A stretch of 53,288 nucleotides of DNA from a virus (IMGVR_UViG_3300037507_002397:1-53288); one strand, 5' to 3'; shown: positions 18,255 to 28,093, counted from the first letter of the stretch. A program made the numbers and translations. The notes: a model not told the origin generated them from the sequence alone.

Positions 18255-21071
18255 CTAGGGTTCCGGGACGATCGCCATCAGGAGACAGCGGCAGTTGATA
18301 ACTTCCTCGGCCGGCGCTCGATCGTCGCCGGGGTAGGCAAGCTGGGGCTTGAAGTCTTCGCCGAGAGGGCGGATCTGGCCGTCGAGTTCCTGATGGGTCT
18401 CGCGCACGTCGTCGTCACGCTCGCTGATCCATTGAACCTGCTCCACGCCTTCCTCGCGCATCTGTAGCTCGCGCGCGGTGTTCGTGGCCTTGGTAATCTC
18501 CGTGCGTGCGATCACGCCAGCGCGGCCTGTCTTGTCCGCGAAGACTTGCTTCAGCGATCCCTCAAGCTCCGGCAGAACTTCCTCGATGCGCTGGCGCATT
18601 TCGACAAAGCTCGACGGCTGGCCGAGCTCTTTGTCCAGGGTATTCTTGACGCGCTTGGCAACGGTCGAATGCACACCCTCGACGACCTTGATCTTCTGGG
18701 TCTCGAGCGCGCGCACGATTCGCGGATCGGACATCGGCAGGCTGATCCCGCCCAGCTCTAGCGCCTGATCTTTCAGAGCGGCCTTGAACGCTTGGCTCAA
18801 AACATCGTCAAGAGCCTTGTTTAGGTTTTCCAGCCATTCTTTCGGGTCGGGTACAAGTGCCGAAACAAACGGGTTCGGCGTTGCCTCGTCGGCCTTGGTG
18901 ACTAGCTCACTGAAGTCCTTGCCAGTTTCTGCGAATCGCCGGAGCTTGCGGAGCAATTCGCGCTCATAGCCGGCCAGCCACTTGCCGACGTTCTTCTGCG
19001 CCCTCTTTTCAAAAGGCAGCGAGACATCGCGCAAGAAACGACGGAAGTATTCCGCGCGGGCTTCGCGGGTTTCGAGCGGGCCCAGCTTGATCGACGGCTC
19101 CATGCCGGCAGCAGACTTCTCGCGCTCCGCATCAATGCGGGCGACAAGATCCTCTGCGTAGGCTTGAGCGCGGGACGCGCTGGTAGAGCTTGATCCTCCG
19201 CCCCAGAGCAGCATCGAGACCAAGCCGGGTGTGATTTCGTCACCCTGCACGGCCTCCAGATCAACCTTATGCCGCGCAATCCAGGGGCCGATCTTCCGCC
19301 ACTTAGCCTCGGTGACCTCACCGGCCGCCATCTTGCGAGCGTCCTCCACCGTCTGAGGCTTGAGTCCTTGGCCGCTTTCGCCAGCTTCGTGTAGCTTGAT
19401 GCCGCGGCGCGCGCTCGCGCGCATATAGGCCGGTGGTGCAAGGTCGATAGCCTTGACCTCATGCGCTGCAATATCCCGGCGCCGCATAATGAGGAAGGCT
19501 GGATCGACGGCCGCGGCCACCGGTGCTGGCGCAGGCGCTGGCGCTTCGTTTACGCCGCCCACAATGCGCCGAGCTTCCTCCTCGTCGATAAACGGGAAGG
19601 CAGCGAGGATCGTAGTCACCGCACCTTCGACGGTCAGCAGACCCTCGGAGACTGCGCGGAGGATGTCGAGTAGGCTGGAGACTTGCGCCCCGTTCAGGGC
19701 TTGATCGGCAACAACGGCCGTCTGATCCTCGGCCGGATCGGGCTCATCCTCGGTCTCTATTTCCTCGGACTCGTTCTCCTCTTCGTCCTCGTCCATTTCC
19801 TCGGACGCGAACACGGAGCCGTCGATGTCCAGCTTCAGCGCCTTGACCAGCTCGCCCAGATCCACGCCGGTAGCCAGCGAAATCTCGGCGGCCACCTTGA
19901 GGCGCGCGCTCTGATCGTTCCGCAGAGCCTCGATGCCAGCGAAGTCGAACCCGAAGACATACTGCCGGAAGCGCGGGTCAGCCATCCGCGGGATAAGCTG
20001 CGCGTTGATCTGCGCCTCGACGGTCTTCAGGTAGCCGACGACCGCGATCCAGAACTGCCGCCACGCCTCCTGGAGGTTGGAGTAAGTCGAAGCGTCCGGA
20101 GAAATTAGATGCACCGGGACTTCAAAGGTCGACGCCACGACATCGCGCGACCAAGTGAGTAGGTCGATGTACTGCATCCGATCCGGCGTGGCCGGGTTCG
20201 GCACAATCTTCGGGCCGCCGCCTAGGATCTTCAGTCCACCCGCGGTCTCCGCGTCCTGCGTCGCAGCATCGAGGTCGGACTGGAAGGACTCGAGCGCGTC
20301 GCGCTGGATGTCGTGGTCGTAGGTCACAAACGCGCCCGGGCCGCCGGAGCGCATCTGCGCTTCCTGTTGGCGCTCGGCTTGGAAGGCGATCTGAAGCTGC
20401 CGGTTGGCGACCTCTGCCGCGCCAAGGCCGCGGATCGGGTCGGCCGGATCGTAGTCCCGGAACTGAACAACGCTTGACCAAGGTGCGCGCAGCCGCTGAT
20501 TTCCTGCGGTCTGGAAGTACCAAAACGCGGGACGGCCCATGTCGTCTGGGTCATACTCAACCGCATCGCCGTTGACCGGCATGATCGAAAAAGGCAGCGT
20601 GATCGGCCCGTCAAATGGCGCCCAATTGCCATCGGTAGACTTGGGCCCGAACAAGAACCAGAAGCTCTCTCCTGATAGCTTGCGGTGGACAACATCAGCC
20701 TCGGCCAGTTGTGCCCAAGTCATATCCCGGTTCGGTCTCAGCAACTGCTGGAGAAAAGGATCGGACTCTGGGACTTCTTCGGCGTTTGCGCCCGGGCCGT
20801 TCCACATCATAGGGCGCACGCTTGCCGATGCGCGCGACCATAGCCGGCAGCAGAGATTGACAATCCATGACTGCTCGAACGGCTGCGATAGTTCAAAAGC
20901 TCCGGCCATCGACGGCCGAACTGCGAATCCGTTAGATTGAAAAAGAGTTTCTAGGCTTTTGGCTTTCCCATTGAATCTAGAAGCTCCGGCCATAGTGCCA
21001 AGATGCTCAAGATGATAGGATCCCTCACGGGCTGAAAAGGGCTTGACGCGGTTACGCCTAGACAGACTCAC
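18255..21071 (-). CDS. Portal protein fused to a C-terminal Mu gpF-like minor head domain
   Basis: Portal motifs (PN.DMT, GESFW, DPIRGLG, FEVP.HLI...TYSN) then IARTE...W....DDDVRETH..LDGQ...YPGD....EEVINCRC. Confidence 0.92.
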   Translation of the reverse strand: MSLSRRNRVKPFSAREGSYHLEHLGTMAGASRFNGKAKSLETLFQSNGFAVRPSMAGAFELSQPFEQSWIVNLCCRLWSRASASVRPMMWNGPGANAEEVPESDPFLQQLLRPNRDMTWAQLAEADVVHRKLSGESFWFLFGPKSTDGNWAPFDGPITLPFSIMPVNGDAVEYDPDDMGRPAFWYFQTAGNQRLRAPWSSVVQFRDYDPADPIRGLGAAEVANRQLQIAFQAERQQEAQMRSGGPGAFVTYDHDIQRDALESFQSDLDAATQDAETAGGLKILGGGPKIVPNPATPDRMQYIDLLTWSRDVVASTFEVPVHLISPDASTYSNLQEAWRQFWIAVVGYLKTVEAQINAQLIPRMADPRFRQYVFGFDFAGIEALRNDQSARLKVAAEISLATGVDLGELVKALKLDIDGSVFASEEMDEDEEENESEEIETEDEPDPAEDQTAVVADQALNGAQVSSLLDILRAVSEGLLTVEGAVTTILAAFPFIDEEEARRIVGGVNEAPAPAPAPVAAAVDPAFLIMRRRDIAAHEVKAIDLAPPAYMRASARRGIKLHEAGESGQGLKPQTVEDARKMAAGEVTEAKWRKIGPWIARHKVDLEAVQGDEITPGLVSMLLWGGGSSSTSASRAQAYAEDLVARIDAEREKSAAGMEPSIKLGPLETREARAEYFRRFLRDVSLPFEKRAQKNVGKWLAGYERELLRKLRRFAETGKDFSELVTKADEATPNPFVSALVPDPKEWLENLNKALDDVLSQAFKAALKDQALELGGISLPMSDPRIVRALETQKIKVVEGVHSTVAKRVKNTLDKELGQPSSFVEMRQRIEEVLPELEGSLKQVFADKTGRAGVIARTEITKATNTARELQMREEGVEQVQWISERDDDVRETHQELDGQIRPLGEDFKPQLAYPGDDRAPAEEVINCRCLLMAIVPEP

Positions 21072-21084
21072 GCTTGTGAGTCTA
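21064..21084. promoter_or_regulatory. Perfect inverted repeat AGACTCAC-GCTT-GTGAGTCT over the portal start codon and a putative -10 (TAGACT, minus)
   Basis: Seen directly at 21064-21083; the -10-like hexamer lies 7 nt before the GTG start (leaderless geometry). Confidence 0.55.
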
Positions 21085-21130
21085 TAAGCAAAATGAACAG
21101 CGTCGATTGGCCGTGGGATAGGGTGAACGA

Positions 21131-21340
21131 ATGCCGAAAAAAGAGCAGGCTCTTCTAGGAGCCTCTAAGGGTCGGGTCTACATGACCGTTGTGATGCCCT
21201 CGCATTTGCGCGACGCTGTGCGCGAAGCGGCAAAGATGGAGGATCTTCCTCCTGCTGCTTTCATGCGGATGGTGGTTGTGCAATGGATCAGCGCGCAGCG
21301 TCAAACACAGTCGAAGAAAATGCGAAACCCGATTCGCTAG
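21131..21340 (+). CDS. Ribbon-helix-helix (CopG/Arc-like) DNA-binding protein
   Basis: VYMTVVMPSHLRDAVREAAKMEDLPPAAFMRMVV fits strand-helix-helix; fills the portal-terL gap exactly. Confidence 0.75.
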   Translation: MPKKEQALLGASKGRVYMTVVMPSHLRDAVREAAKMEDLPPAAFMRMVVVQWISAQRQTQSKKMRNPIR

Positions 21341-22935
21341 ATACGCATGACGCGAATCGTGGGCCGCGATGCGCTCTTGCGCGCGAGTCCTAGGATGCAA
21401 GCGTCCAAGTCATCCGGCGATCGGCCGTAGCGTTCGCGTATCTCGTCTTTCGATTCTCCAAGCTCGGCCATGCTGCCACGCGCAGCTTCTCGGAAGTTGT
21501 ACGAGTACCAGCACGCCTGCCGCCAGAGTTCCGCGTATTTGCGCGGAATGGCAGCGCGCTGCTCCTCGAGCAGTCGGCGAAGCGTCCAGTGCATCTCGCC
21601 GCGCATGTTTCGGAAGAGCGTTTGCCCGGTCAGCTGCTTCCAGCCGTACCGAGGACTTGCGCCGAAGTCTACCGCATCGACTTGGTGGCCTGTCTGCTTT
21701 AGCCGGTCGGCAACTCCCTTGCCTAAGCCGGTCGCGTCTACATGGACATGGGCCGCAGGAACCGGCCCGGAAGCATCACCCCATGCAGACATAAGTTCTA
21801 GGATGACACCAACCGTCGCCATCGTGTCTGGAGAACGCCACTCATGCCGCGCCGCGATTGTGTTTCCAATCCAAAGATAGGCCACGCTCGGGTCGCTTCC
21901 ACCGCCGCCGATGTCTACGCCGATGTGCCGATCCTCGCCTTCCTGCGGGAGATCGGCGCAGGACTCGAGCAGTGCCCGCGGGATCAGCGCGCGATCCAGA
22001 TCGACCGTAGCAGGAAGGCCATAGACGAATACACGCGTGAACGCTGAGTCGATGCCGTGACTCTTGACCATCGCGCGCCGCCAGTCGGCAGGCTGTATTT
22101 CCTCTGGGATCCCGTGAAAGCACTTGTCCGCGGCGTGCGGCTCCCAGTTCGGATTCGGCAGCTCTTCGCCGGCGACATGGATCCGATGCCAGCTCGATCC
22201 GCGCCGCCACCAGCGCGCGGTCGGGTGGTCGCTGTTCTCGTCGAATGTCGGGTTACACTGCGCGAGGACATACACATTCTTGCCAGCCATCGAGCCCTCG
22301 AGGCGCTCAAGGATTTCCTTGTCGATCTCCGCGGCTTCGTCCAGCACGATCAGCAGGCGGTGGGCCGTGCGCTCGATCTTGTACAGCGCCTCGCTCGCGG
22401 TCGCCAGCTTGAGCTCGCCGGTGTCCTCCGCATCACGCGCAAGGTCTACGCCGGCGTGGAATCCTTGAACCGTGCCGGCATCGCCGGCCGAGAAGCCAAG
22501 CGCGTACCACTCTGGCGCAATCTCCCATTTGAACCCATGCGGTTTGCCTGGAAGCGACTGCCGCGCATTGGCATGGAACGCGCGGATCTTCTGCCATAGA
22601 CCGTACTCGACCTGGCGCTGACTGCCCGATGTCGTCAGCACCGTGGTCGGGCCGGTACACATCATCGCCACCACGATCTCCGCGGCCGTGTGCGTCTTCG
22701 AGTTCTTCCGCGGGCCGCAGACCATCACGAAGCGATGCTGCATGAGCGCGCGCTGGAGATACTTCTGGAACTCCCATTGCTTGTGGCCCAGCACCTCGGT
22801 GCAGAAGCGCGGCAGGTCGCCGTCGTACTTCGCGTGCTGGGCAGCCGAAGATTCTGGGAAGGCCGCGCGCTTCGCGTCCTGCCAGATCGAGCGGACAAGC
22901 TCTAGCTCGTCATCACCGAGGCTCGGTCTCTGCAT
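21337..22935 (-). CDS. terL: Terminase large subunit
   Basis: Walker A-like GPRKNSKT, Walker B LIVLDEAAEI, nuclease motifs IGVDIG, VDATGLG and SPDDLDA. Confidence 0.95.
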   Translation of the reverse strand: MQRPSLGDDELELVRSIWQDAKRAAFPESSAAQHAKYDGDLPRFCTEVLGHKQWEFQKYLQRALMQHRFVMVCGPRKNSKTHTAAEIVVAMMCTGPTTVLTTSGSQRQVEYGLWQKIRAFHANARQSLPGKPHGFKWEIAPEWYALGFSAGDAGTVQGFHAGVDLARDAEDTGELKLATASEALYKIERTAHRLLIVLDEAAEIDKEILERLEGSMAGKNVYVLAQCNPTFDENSDHPTARWWRRGSSWHRIHVAGEELPNPNWEPHAADKCFHGIPEEIQPADWRRAMVKSHGIDSAFTRVFVYGLPATVDLDRALIPRALLESCADLPQEGEDRHIGVDIGGGGSDPSVAYLWIGNTIAARHEWRSPDTMATVGVILELMSAWGDASGPVPAAHVHVDATGLGKGVADRLKQTGHQVDAVDFGASPRYGWKQLTGQTLFRNMRGEMHWTLRRLLEEQRAAIPRKYAELWRQACWYSYNFREAARGSMAELGESKDEIRERYGRSPDDLDACILGLARKSASRPTIRVMRI

Positions 22936-23605
22936 CCTCGACTACCTCTGCCGGCTCAACATCGTGACCCTGCGCGCTGAGTTTCAGCACCTGCACCTCC
23001 ATGCGGTTGACCACATTCTGCGCGATGGCCGGCGGGCATTCTTCCTTGACGATCTCGAGCACGCGTGCGATCAGCACCCCGACTTGCTGCATATTCAGGT
23101 TCTGCCGGCGCTGCATCCTGATCTGCCAGACGGCCTCGACACGCTTGGCGAGCCGTTCAGCTTGGATCGATAGCTCGGAGATCGCGCGATCCTCTAAAGC
23201 CCCATCGCGGAGCAGGATGCCGAGATCGCGCATGGCAATATTCTGTGCTTCGGCATCACCAGAAGCGTTAGCCTCCGACAGCGCCTCCCACATGTCCTTG
23301 GCGCGCTTGCGGAAGTCCGGCGTGTCGGCCTGCGCGACGCGCTCACCAGTCCGCTGCAAGCAAGCCTCGAGCAGCGCGATCGGCTCCTGCAAGTCAAGCA
23401 ATGATGCGTCTTGAATCGCTTGTTGGTATGCCTCCGACAGCGCGGTTGCCTTGAGCGCCTTAGCGTAGCGGCCGTGCTTGAGCCTTCCGCCTGATCCTCG
23501 CGCCCCTCCGTGCATATAACAGACCTTTTTTCCGATGCAGGGCGGCCGACCGCAACGAACGCCAGCGCGATTGGTCGCGTGGCACGTAACTTTGAAATGA
23601 CTCAC
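22913..23605 (-). CDS. Terminase small subunit-like protein with HGGxSTG-type N-terminus (start GTG 23605)
   Basis: C.A...G..C.......C.MHGG...KHGRY; directly upstream of terL; GTGA overlap with the previous stop. Confidence 0.8.
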   Translation of the reverse strand: MSHFKVTCHATNRAGVRCGRPPCIGKKVCYMHGGARGSGGRLKHGRYAKALKATALSEAYQQAIQDASLLDLQEPIALLEACLQRTGERVAQADTPDFRKRAKDMWEALSEANASGDAEAQNIAMRDLGILLRDGALEDRAISELSIQAERLAKRVEAVWQIRMQRRQNLNMQQVGVLIARVLEIVKEECPPAIAQNVVNRMEVQVLKLSAQGHDVEPAEVVEDAETEPR

Positions 23606-23829
23606 GCCTTTGCTTCCTGTGTTTTGATCTCTGCCCTTGCCAGCTTGTAGTGCATTGCCCACTCCGGCTCGCGCCAGCTTGGGTGCGCTAGTAAAACATC
23701 CCGCATCCGTCCGGGTGCGACCTGAACGACCCGGCATAGCAGCGGCAGCCGGCCGTATTTGTGCGGATTGTTTGGACGGTAGTAGACACGTTCGCCGGGT
23801 CGAACCCAGTCGGGAATGGACGCATTCAT
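23602..23829 (-). CDS. Hypothetical protein
   Basis: Translationally coupled on both sides. Confidence 0.6.
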   Translation of the reverse strand: MNASIPDWVRPGERVYYRPNNPHKYGRLPLLCRVVQVAPGRMRDVLLAHPSWREPEWAMHYKLARAEIKTQEAKA

Positions 23830-24116
23830 GCCTTAGCGTCTGCGCGTTCTTTTACGCGCTCATGATGATAGTTCAGATACAGGACGCGCGCGCCGTTGCG
23901 CTTGGACAGATAAACAACCCTGCGCCGATACACATGGATCATGGGAGCTATGGCAATACCCATTTGTTTGTCTTGCTTCTCGATCGTATATGCGGACAGC
24001 TCCAGCTCTGCGCCGCATGAATGCGACTGAAACTCTACGCCGTCACGCGGCCCACCGATCAGCCGGATCCAGTGAGGCATCGGCAGCGGACTCTTGATGC
24101 TAGGAGTCTCAGACAC
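23826..24116 (-). CDS. Hypothetical protein (LIGGPRDG motif)
   Basis: Coupled ORF; GGPxDG motif common in small phage proteins. Confidence 0.6.
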   Translation of the reverse strand: MSETPSIKSPLPMPHWIRLIGGPRDGVEFQSHSCGAELELSAYTIEKQDKQMGIAIAPMIHVYRRRVVYLSKRNGARVLYLNYHHERVKERADAKA

Positions 24117-25923
24117 ACTCTCGCTCCATGACTGCTTCCAGTTCTGCGGTCCAGCTTTTATCCTTGCAGGACTTCAACCAGGAAAGCCGTTCCATCCTCG
24201 AGGAGTGCGGCACATTCATCTTCAGCGCGCGGTCAATCCAGAAATCCTTGCGCGTCCCACGGGCCATCAGCGCGCACAGCATCAGGACGTGCGCGGGATC
24301 ACCCTCGCCAAAGAATGCGAGCTGCGGAAGGACCGCGCCGTCCTGCTTGACTTGGATCCAGTGTGCAGGCCCGTACTGATAGCCTGCGCCGTACGCGAGC
24401 GGCTCGTGGGAATTCAGCAGAGCGTCTGCCATCTTTTCGATTGAGGGCGGCGGTGCTGTGGTCCCCTTGCCGATTTGAAGTTGCAGCGAATAGGCCCCAA
24501 TTGCAAGGAGAACGCTGTGAAATGTCTTGGTTCCTTGTCCGCCGGCCGGAAACGCTCCACCTGTGTTTTCGTCACAATGCGAGATGCCTGATTTCGTTTG
24601 GTGTATCAGTATCGCGCGCAGCATATTCTCCGACCACTCCTGCCAGACTTTCGGGCGCTGAAAGTATTTCATCACGCACGCGCCGAGGTATGCCATCCAT
24701 GCGGCCTGTCGGTCGAGACGATGATGACCTTGACCCGGTGGATCTTGCAGCACGCGCGCGAGCGAGTTTGCAACCCACTCGCCAGGATAAGATGGCTTGA
24801 CGAGCTCATCCGTACGGTCGCTCCACTGCTGATATCGAGCGTCCTCGGCCATCATCAGCAGATCGAAGCGCGCGCACATGGCCGCGGGATGCCGGCCGCC
24901 GTATTCGATCACGGGGATCGTATGCCGCAAAACACGGATGATGTGCGCGAGATCGTTGGGACGGTAGGACCAGAGGAGATCCTCGTATTCCGGCCGGCGC
25001 GATGGAGCGTTGAAGACAGGATATCGACGCTTTTCGTAGCTGCCCTCGAGGAAGCACATCAACTCGACTTCCGAAGAGCGATCCGGCTGTCCTTTCATAA
25101 GGTCACGGCCGGGAGGCTTGTTCCATGCGTACAGACTGATCGGCTCTCCGGTTTCTGCGTCGATGGCGTCGCAAAATTGTCGGTGCATATTCGCTCGATG
25201 CAAGAGCGAGTGCATCCAGACCGCCTCTGGCACCCGATCGTATCCATGGCACGGGTCGATGCCAAAGCCGCCGTGCGCGTAGCCGTTAGGGTAGCCCTCG
25301 ACTGAGTACGGGCCGGCCAGCTTGTACTCGTGCGCGATGTTTTCCGCCGAGTTTTGGTACTTCTCGCCCATGCCGCTGTCCACGATTCGAATCCCAGCGA
25401 CGATGTTACCGTAGCGGATCGCGGCGTCCCGCTTGTCCAAATCGGGTTGGAGTGAGTTCGTTGGGCCGTAGCCGTTTTTGATCAAGATGGGATCTATCTT
25501 GAGGTGCAGCGCTTTGATGATTTCCTGCGGCGGGTCAAGGTCCCTAGTCTTTGAGTGAAAATAGAACGGAACTTGCAGCGTGCCGCGCGGACGAAACAAA
25601 AACGGAGTCCGCTTGAACTTTGGCGGCAACAACAATTTGACCGCCAGAGGCTTGGCCCGTGAGTCAAACGGTTGAGCTGTGACTTCCAGCTTTTCTGCAT
25701 ACACCGTCCCGCAGAAGCCCGAGCCGTCACGATTTATCACTCCATTAGTGAACCGCAGGATGCCATATGTCCACTCGCCGTATTTCGCCGCGAAGACATG
25801 TACTCCGATCGTGCCGCGATCGCCGCTTTTTAGTCGTGTCCAATGACGCGCAGGTCTCGTGAGATCGACACGGCCGATGCTGCTGGGCTTGTCGTGATGC
25901 GTGAGAGTTATCACAAGGATCAT
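24109..25923 (-). CDS. Large hypothetical protein (604 aa)
   Basis: Long ORF; no family recognised with confidence. Confidence 0.8.
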   Translation of the reverse strand: MILVITLTHHDKPSSIGRVDLTRPARHWTRLKSGDRGTIGVHVFAAKYGEWTYGILRFTNGVINRDGSGFCGTVYAEKLEVTAQPFDSRAKPLAVKLLLPPKFKRTPFLFRPRGTLQVPFYFHSKTRDLDPPQEIIKALHLKIDPILIKNGYGPTNSLQPDLDKRDAAIRYGNIVAGIRIVDSGMGEKYQNSAENIAHEYKLAGPYSVEGYPNGYAHGGFGIDPCHGYDRVPEAVWMHSLLHRANMHRQFCDAIDAETGEPISLYAWNKPPGRDLMKGQPDRSSEVELMCFLEGSYEKRRYPVFNAPSRRPEYEDLLWSYRPNDLAHIIRVLRHTIPVIEYGGRHPAAMCARFDLLMMAEDARYQQWSDRTDELVKPSYPGEWVANSLARVLQDPPGQGHHRLDRQAAWMAYLGACVMKYFQRPKVWQEWSENMLRAILIHQTKSGISHCDENTGGAFPAGGQGTKTFHSVLLAIGAYSLQLQIGKGTTAPPPSIEKMADALLNSHEPLAYGAGYQYGPAHWIQVKQDGAVLPQLAFFGEGDPAHVLMLCALMARGTRKDFWIDRALKMNVPHSSRMERLSWLKSCKDKSWTAELEAVMERECV

Positions 25924-25942
25924 GTTTCACCTTGCGCTCATC

Positions 25943-26458
25943 CTATCTTCGTCCTGTGATTCTTCGTCCGTATTCGGCCAAAAGAATTGCATCAGAAATC
26001 CCGTCGTCATCTTTTCGGCTGCGCTCGGTTCGGCGAAGGCTGACCTCCGGAAAGAGCCGCTTGGCAGCTATTATGCTTCGCTGCTTGGTGTCATCACCCT
26101 GCGTCCCCTCGAGCATCTGGGCTTGCCAGACGCGTGGAAGAACTAGCTGGTATGGTATGGCTAAGGCTACCGCCATCGACTCGAAGACGGCGAGTGAGCG
26201 GCCGCGGTTGTAGTTGGCGATCGTTCCGCCCTTCTCCAAGGGCATGGGCTGTTGGCGTTCAATAGTCAGCAGCAGCCTCCCCGTGCCAGCCTGTTCCTTC
26301 CACCTGCTAAGGTGGTTGGCAATCAGGTGCAGGTCATATTGGTCCCGCCCTTTTGGCGCAGTCAAGATCGGCGTGGGCACGATCTCGGCCCGATTTCCAT
26401 GAGCTCGCAATGCCACCATCGCCCCGTGCAGTCCCGGATCAACGCCCAGAAAGATCAT
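25943..26458 (-). CDS. RuvC-like Holliday junction resolvase
   Basis: IFLGVDPG..GA, TIE.QQPMP, P..WQ and DDGISDAILLAEYG motifs. Confidence 0.9.
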   Translation of the reverse strand: MIFLGVDPGLHGAMVALRAHGNRAEIVPTPILTAPKGRDQYDLHLIANHLSRWKEQAGTGRLLLTIERQQPMPLEKGGTIANYNRGRSLAVFESMAVALAIPYQLVLPRVWQAQMLEGTQGDDTKQRSIIAAKRLFPEVSLRRTERSRKDDDGISDAILLAEYGRRITGRR

Positions 26459-26985
26459 CGTCCTGCCTTTTCAGCGATCAGCGGCCTAGGCTCTCCGCCG
26501 CGCTGATCGCCGCCGGCAAGCTCGAGCAGGTGCTGAGCCTGAAGCTGGATCTGCTGCTGGCCCGCTTTAGCGACCGCGGCTAGGTAGTACCGCTCGAACT
26601 GGGCGCGGATCGTTGGCATTTGTTCCGTCAACCAGTTTGGGTCTTGCCACCCGACAGCCTCGGCCGCGCGTTTAACGGCGGGAGAAGACCAGCGGGGATC
26701 GTGCCGCCGGTCGTGCCTGTTGCGGTACATCTCTGCCCATGCCTCCGCGGCGGTCATCTGCTCGTCGTCGCCAGCTTGCTGCGCCAGCTTGCGGAGCCTC
26801 GCCGGCACGGGCCAGGCGGTCTCGCTCGCCAAATAGGCAATCGTAGCTTTCTCCAATTCAGCGCGCGGGAGGTCTTTAAGCACGTCCCAATAAACTTGGA
26901 CGGTTGCGGCGCTGACCTGAAATCCGGGGAAACCTGCGGAGAGCCTGCCCATGACGGAAGATGCGAACCAGGGGGGAGCTTTCAT
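26455..26985 (-). CDS. Replicative helicase loader/inhibitor-like protein
   Basis: Follows the initiator; W..VL.DLP, WP.PA.LR, TAAEAW and RAQFERYY motifs. Confidence 0.7.
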   Translation of the reverse strand: MKAPPWFASSVMGRLSAGFPGFQVSAATVQVYWDVLKDLPRAELEKATIAYLASETAWPVPARLRKLAQQAGDDEQMTAAEAWAEMYRNRHDRRHDPRWSSPAVKRAAEAVGWQDPNWLTEQMPTIRAQFERYYLAAVAKAGQQQIQLQAQHLLELAGGDQRGGEPRPLIAEKAGR

Positions 26986-27995
26986 TGGTCTGTATTTTCC
27001 TTGGATTTTGTAGCAATTGCTTCCTCAGCCGCGAATCGGTCGAGGTCTTCCTGAGTGTATGTCCCGTAATATTCCCGGATGCCCGCAAAGCCTTTCGGCT
27101 CGTTAGCGATTTGAGAGGTCGCTGGCATAGGGGCGAGCTGGTTCCACCGACTTCGCAGGAAGGGCAGGCTTGCATTCTGTTGCAGGAAGGTATCCCTGCT
27201 CAAGAGCAACCGTCTGGCGCGATCCAGCGTCAAGGCAGGCGTGTTTCCGGGGAAGCCAAGAATCGTGGAGACCGCGGCGCCGTCTTTTGGCTCAATTTGG
27301 TAGGGGGTTCCCCGGATTTCCAGCCAGAGCTTGCACCAGCCGTCGATGACCTCGGCGTGTGGACCCGTGGCGGGCTTTCGTTTTCGCGTGCCCCCCCTGG
27401 GGGGTAGGGGGGTACTTTCTTCACCTAGCGTGGCTTGTGGTTGTGGCTTGTGGTCTGTGGTTGTGGTTGTGGTGTGCCCTATGATAGGTCTATGATAGAG
27501 CGTTTCAGGATCTATGATAGACCTATCATAGGCCTGTGATAGGTCTATCATAGAGCTATCAATAGAGCCTTTGGGGCTGTCTTGTTTCGGTGGATTTTGT
27601 CCGCTGGCAGGATGTTCCTTTTCCTTTTCCTGCTGCTTCTTTGCCCTCGCTGCGGCCAGGATCTCGGCGCGCTCGGCCGACCGTTCAGTCATGTATTGCC
27701 GCTCGCGCTCAAGCCTTTGGTTGGCAAGTTGGCCCGGAGTATCCGTAGCGCGGAACTTTTCTCCGACGATGCGCCAGATGCGCTCGAAGTCTTCACGCGG
27801 CATATGGCAGATGCGCGAGAGTCTGTCTAGATCATCTGGTATGCCGCGCTCGATCCATTGGTGGCACAGCAGCGTGATGTACACGCCACGCTCCTCCATT
27901 GACATCATCACAACCGCGGAGTCCGCCAGGAAGTCCGCCGGATAAAACTGGAATGCCGGCACATGATGATCGGCTCGGCCGTTGCGCTTTTTCAT
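26982..27995 (-). CDS. Replication initiator with N-terminal DUF1376/YdaU domain
   Basis: PAFQFYPADFLAD..V..MS.EERGVYITLLC.QW; internal iterons. Confidence 0.88.
   Translation of the reverse strand: MKKRNGRADHHVPAFQFYPADFLADSAVVMMSMEERGVYITLLCHQWIERGIPDDLDRLSRICHMPREDFERIWRIVGEKFRATDTPGQLANQRLERERQYMTERSAERAEILAAARAKKQQEKEKEHPASGQNPPKQDSPKGSIDSSMIDLSQAYDRSIIDPETLYHRPIIGHTTTTTTDHKPQPQATLGEESTPLPPRGGTRKRKPATGPHAEVIDGWCKLWLEIRGTPYQIEPKDGAAVSTILGFPGNTPALTLDRARRLLLSRDTFLQQNASLPFLRSRWNQLAPMPATSQIANEPKGFAGIREYYGTYTQEDLDRFAAEEAIATKSKENTDQ
27479..27565. repeat. Iteron array (putative replication origin): seven CTATSATAG-like boxes on an 11-bp grid
   Basis: Boxes start at 27479, 27490, 27512, 27523, 27534, 27545 and 27556; inside the initiator gene, as in lambdoid origins. 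Confidence 0.8.
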
Positions 27996-28044
27996 GTCCT
28001 CCCCTTCAAAATTGCGGGTCTCTCCCCGCCGTCAAGCCTGCTCC

Positions 28045-28067
28045 AAAATCCGCCGGGCTTTCGGCGG
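28045..28067 (-). terminator. Putative intrinsic terminator after the XRE gene
   Basis: CCGCCG-AAAGCC-CGGCGG followed by ATTTT on minus. Confidence 0.5.
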
Positions 28068-28093
28068 TGGCGACGCACCCGAGGAGGTGGCCT

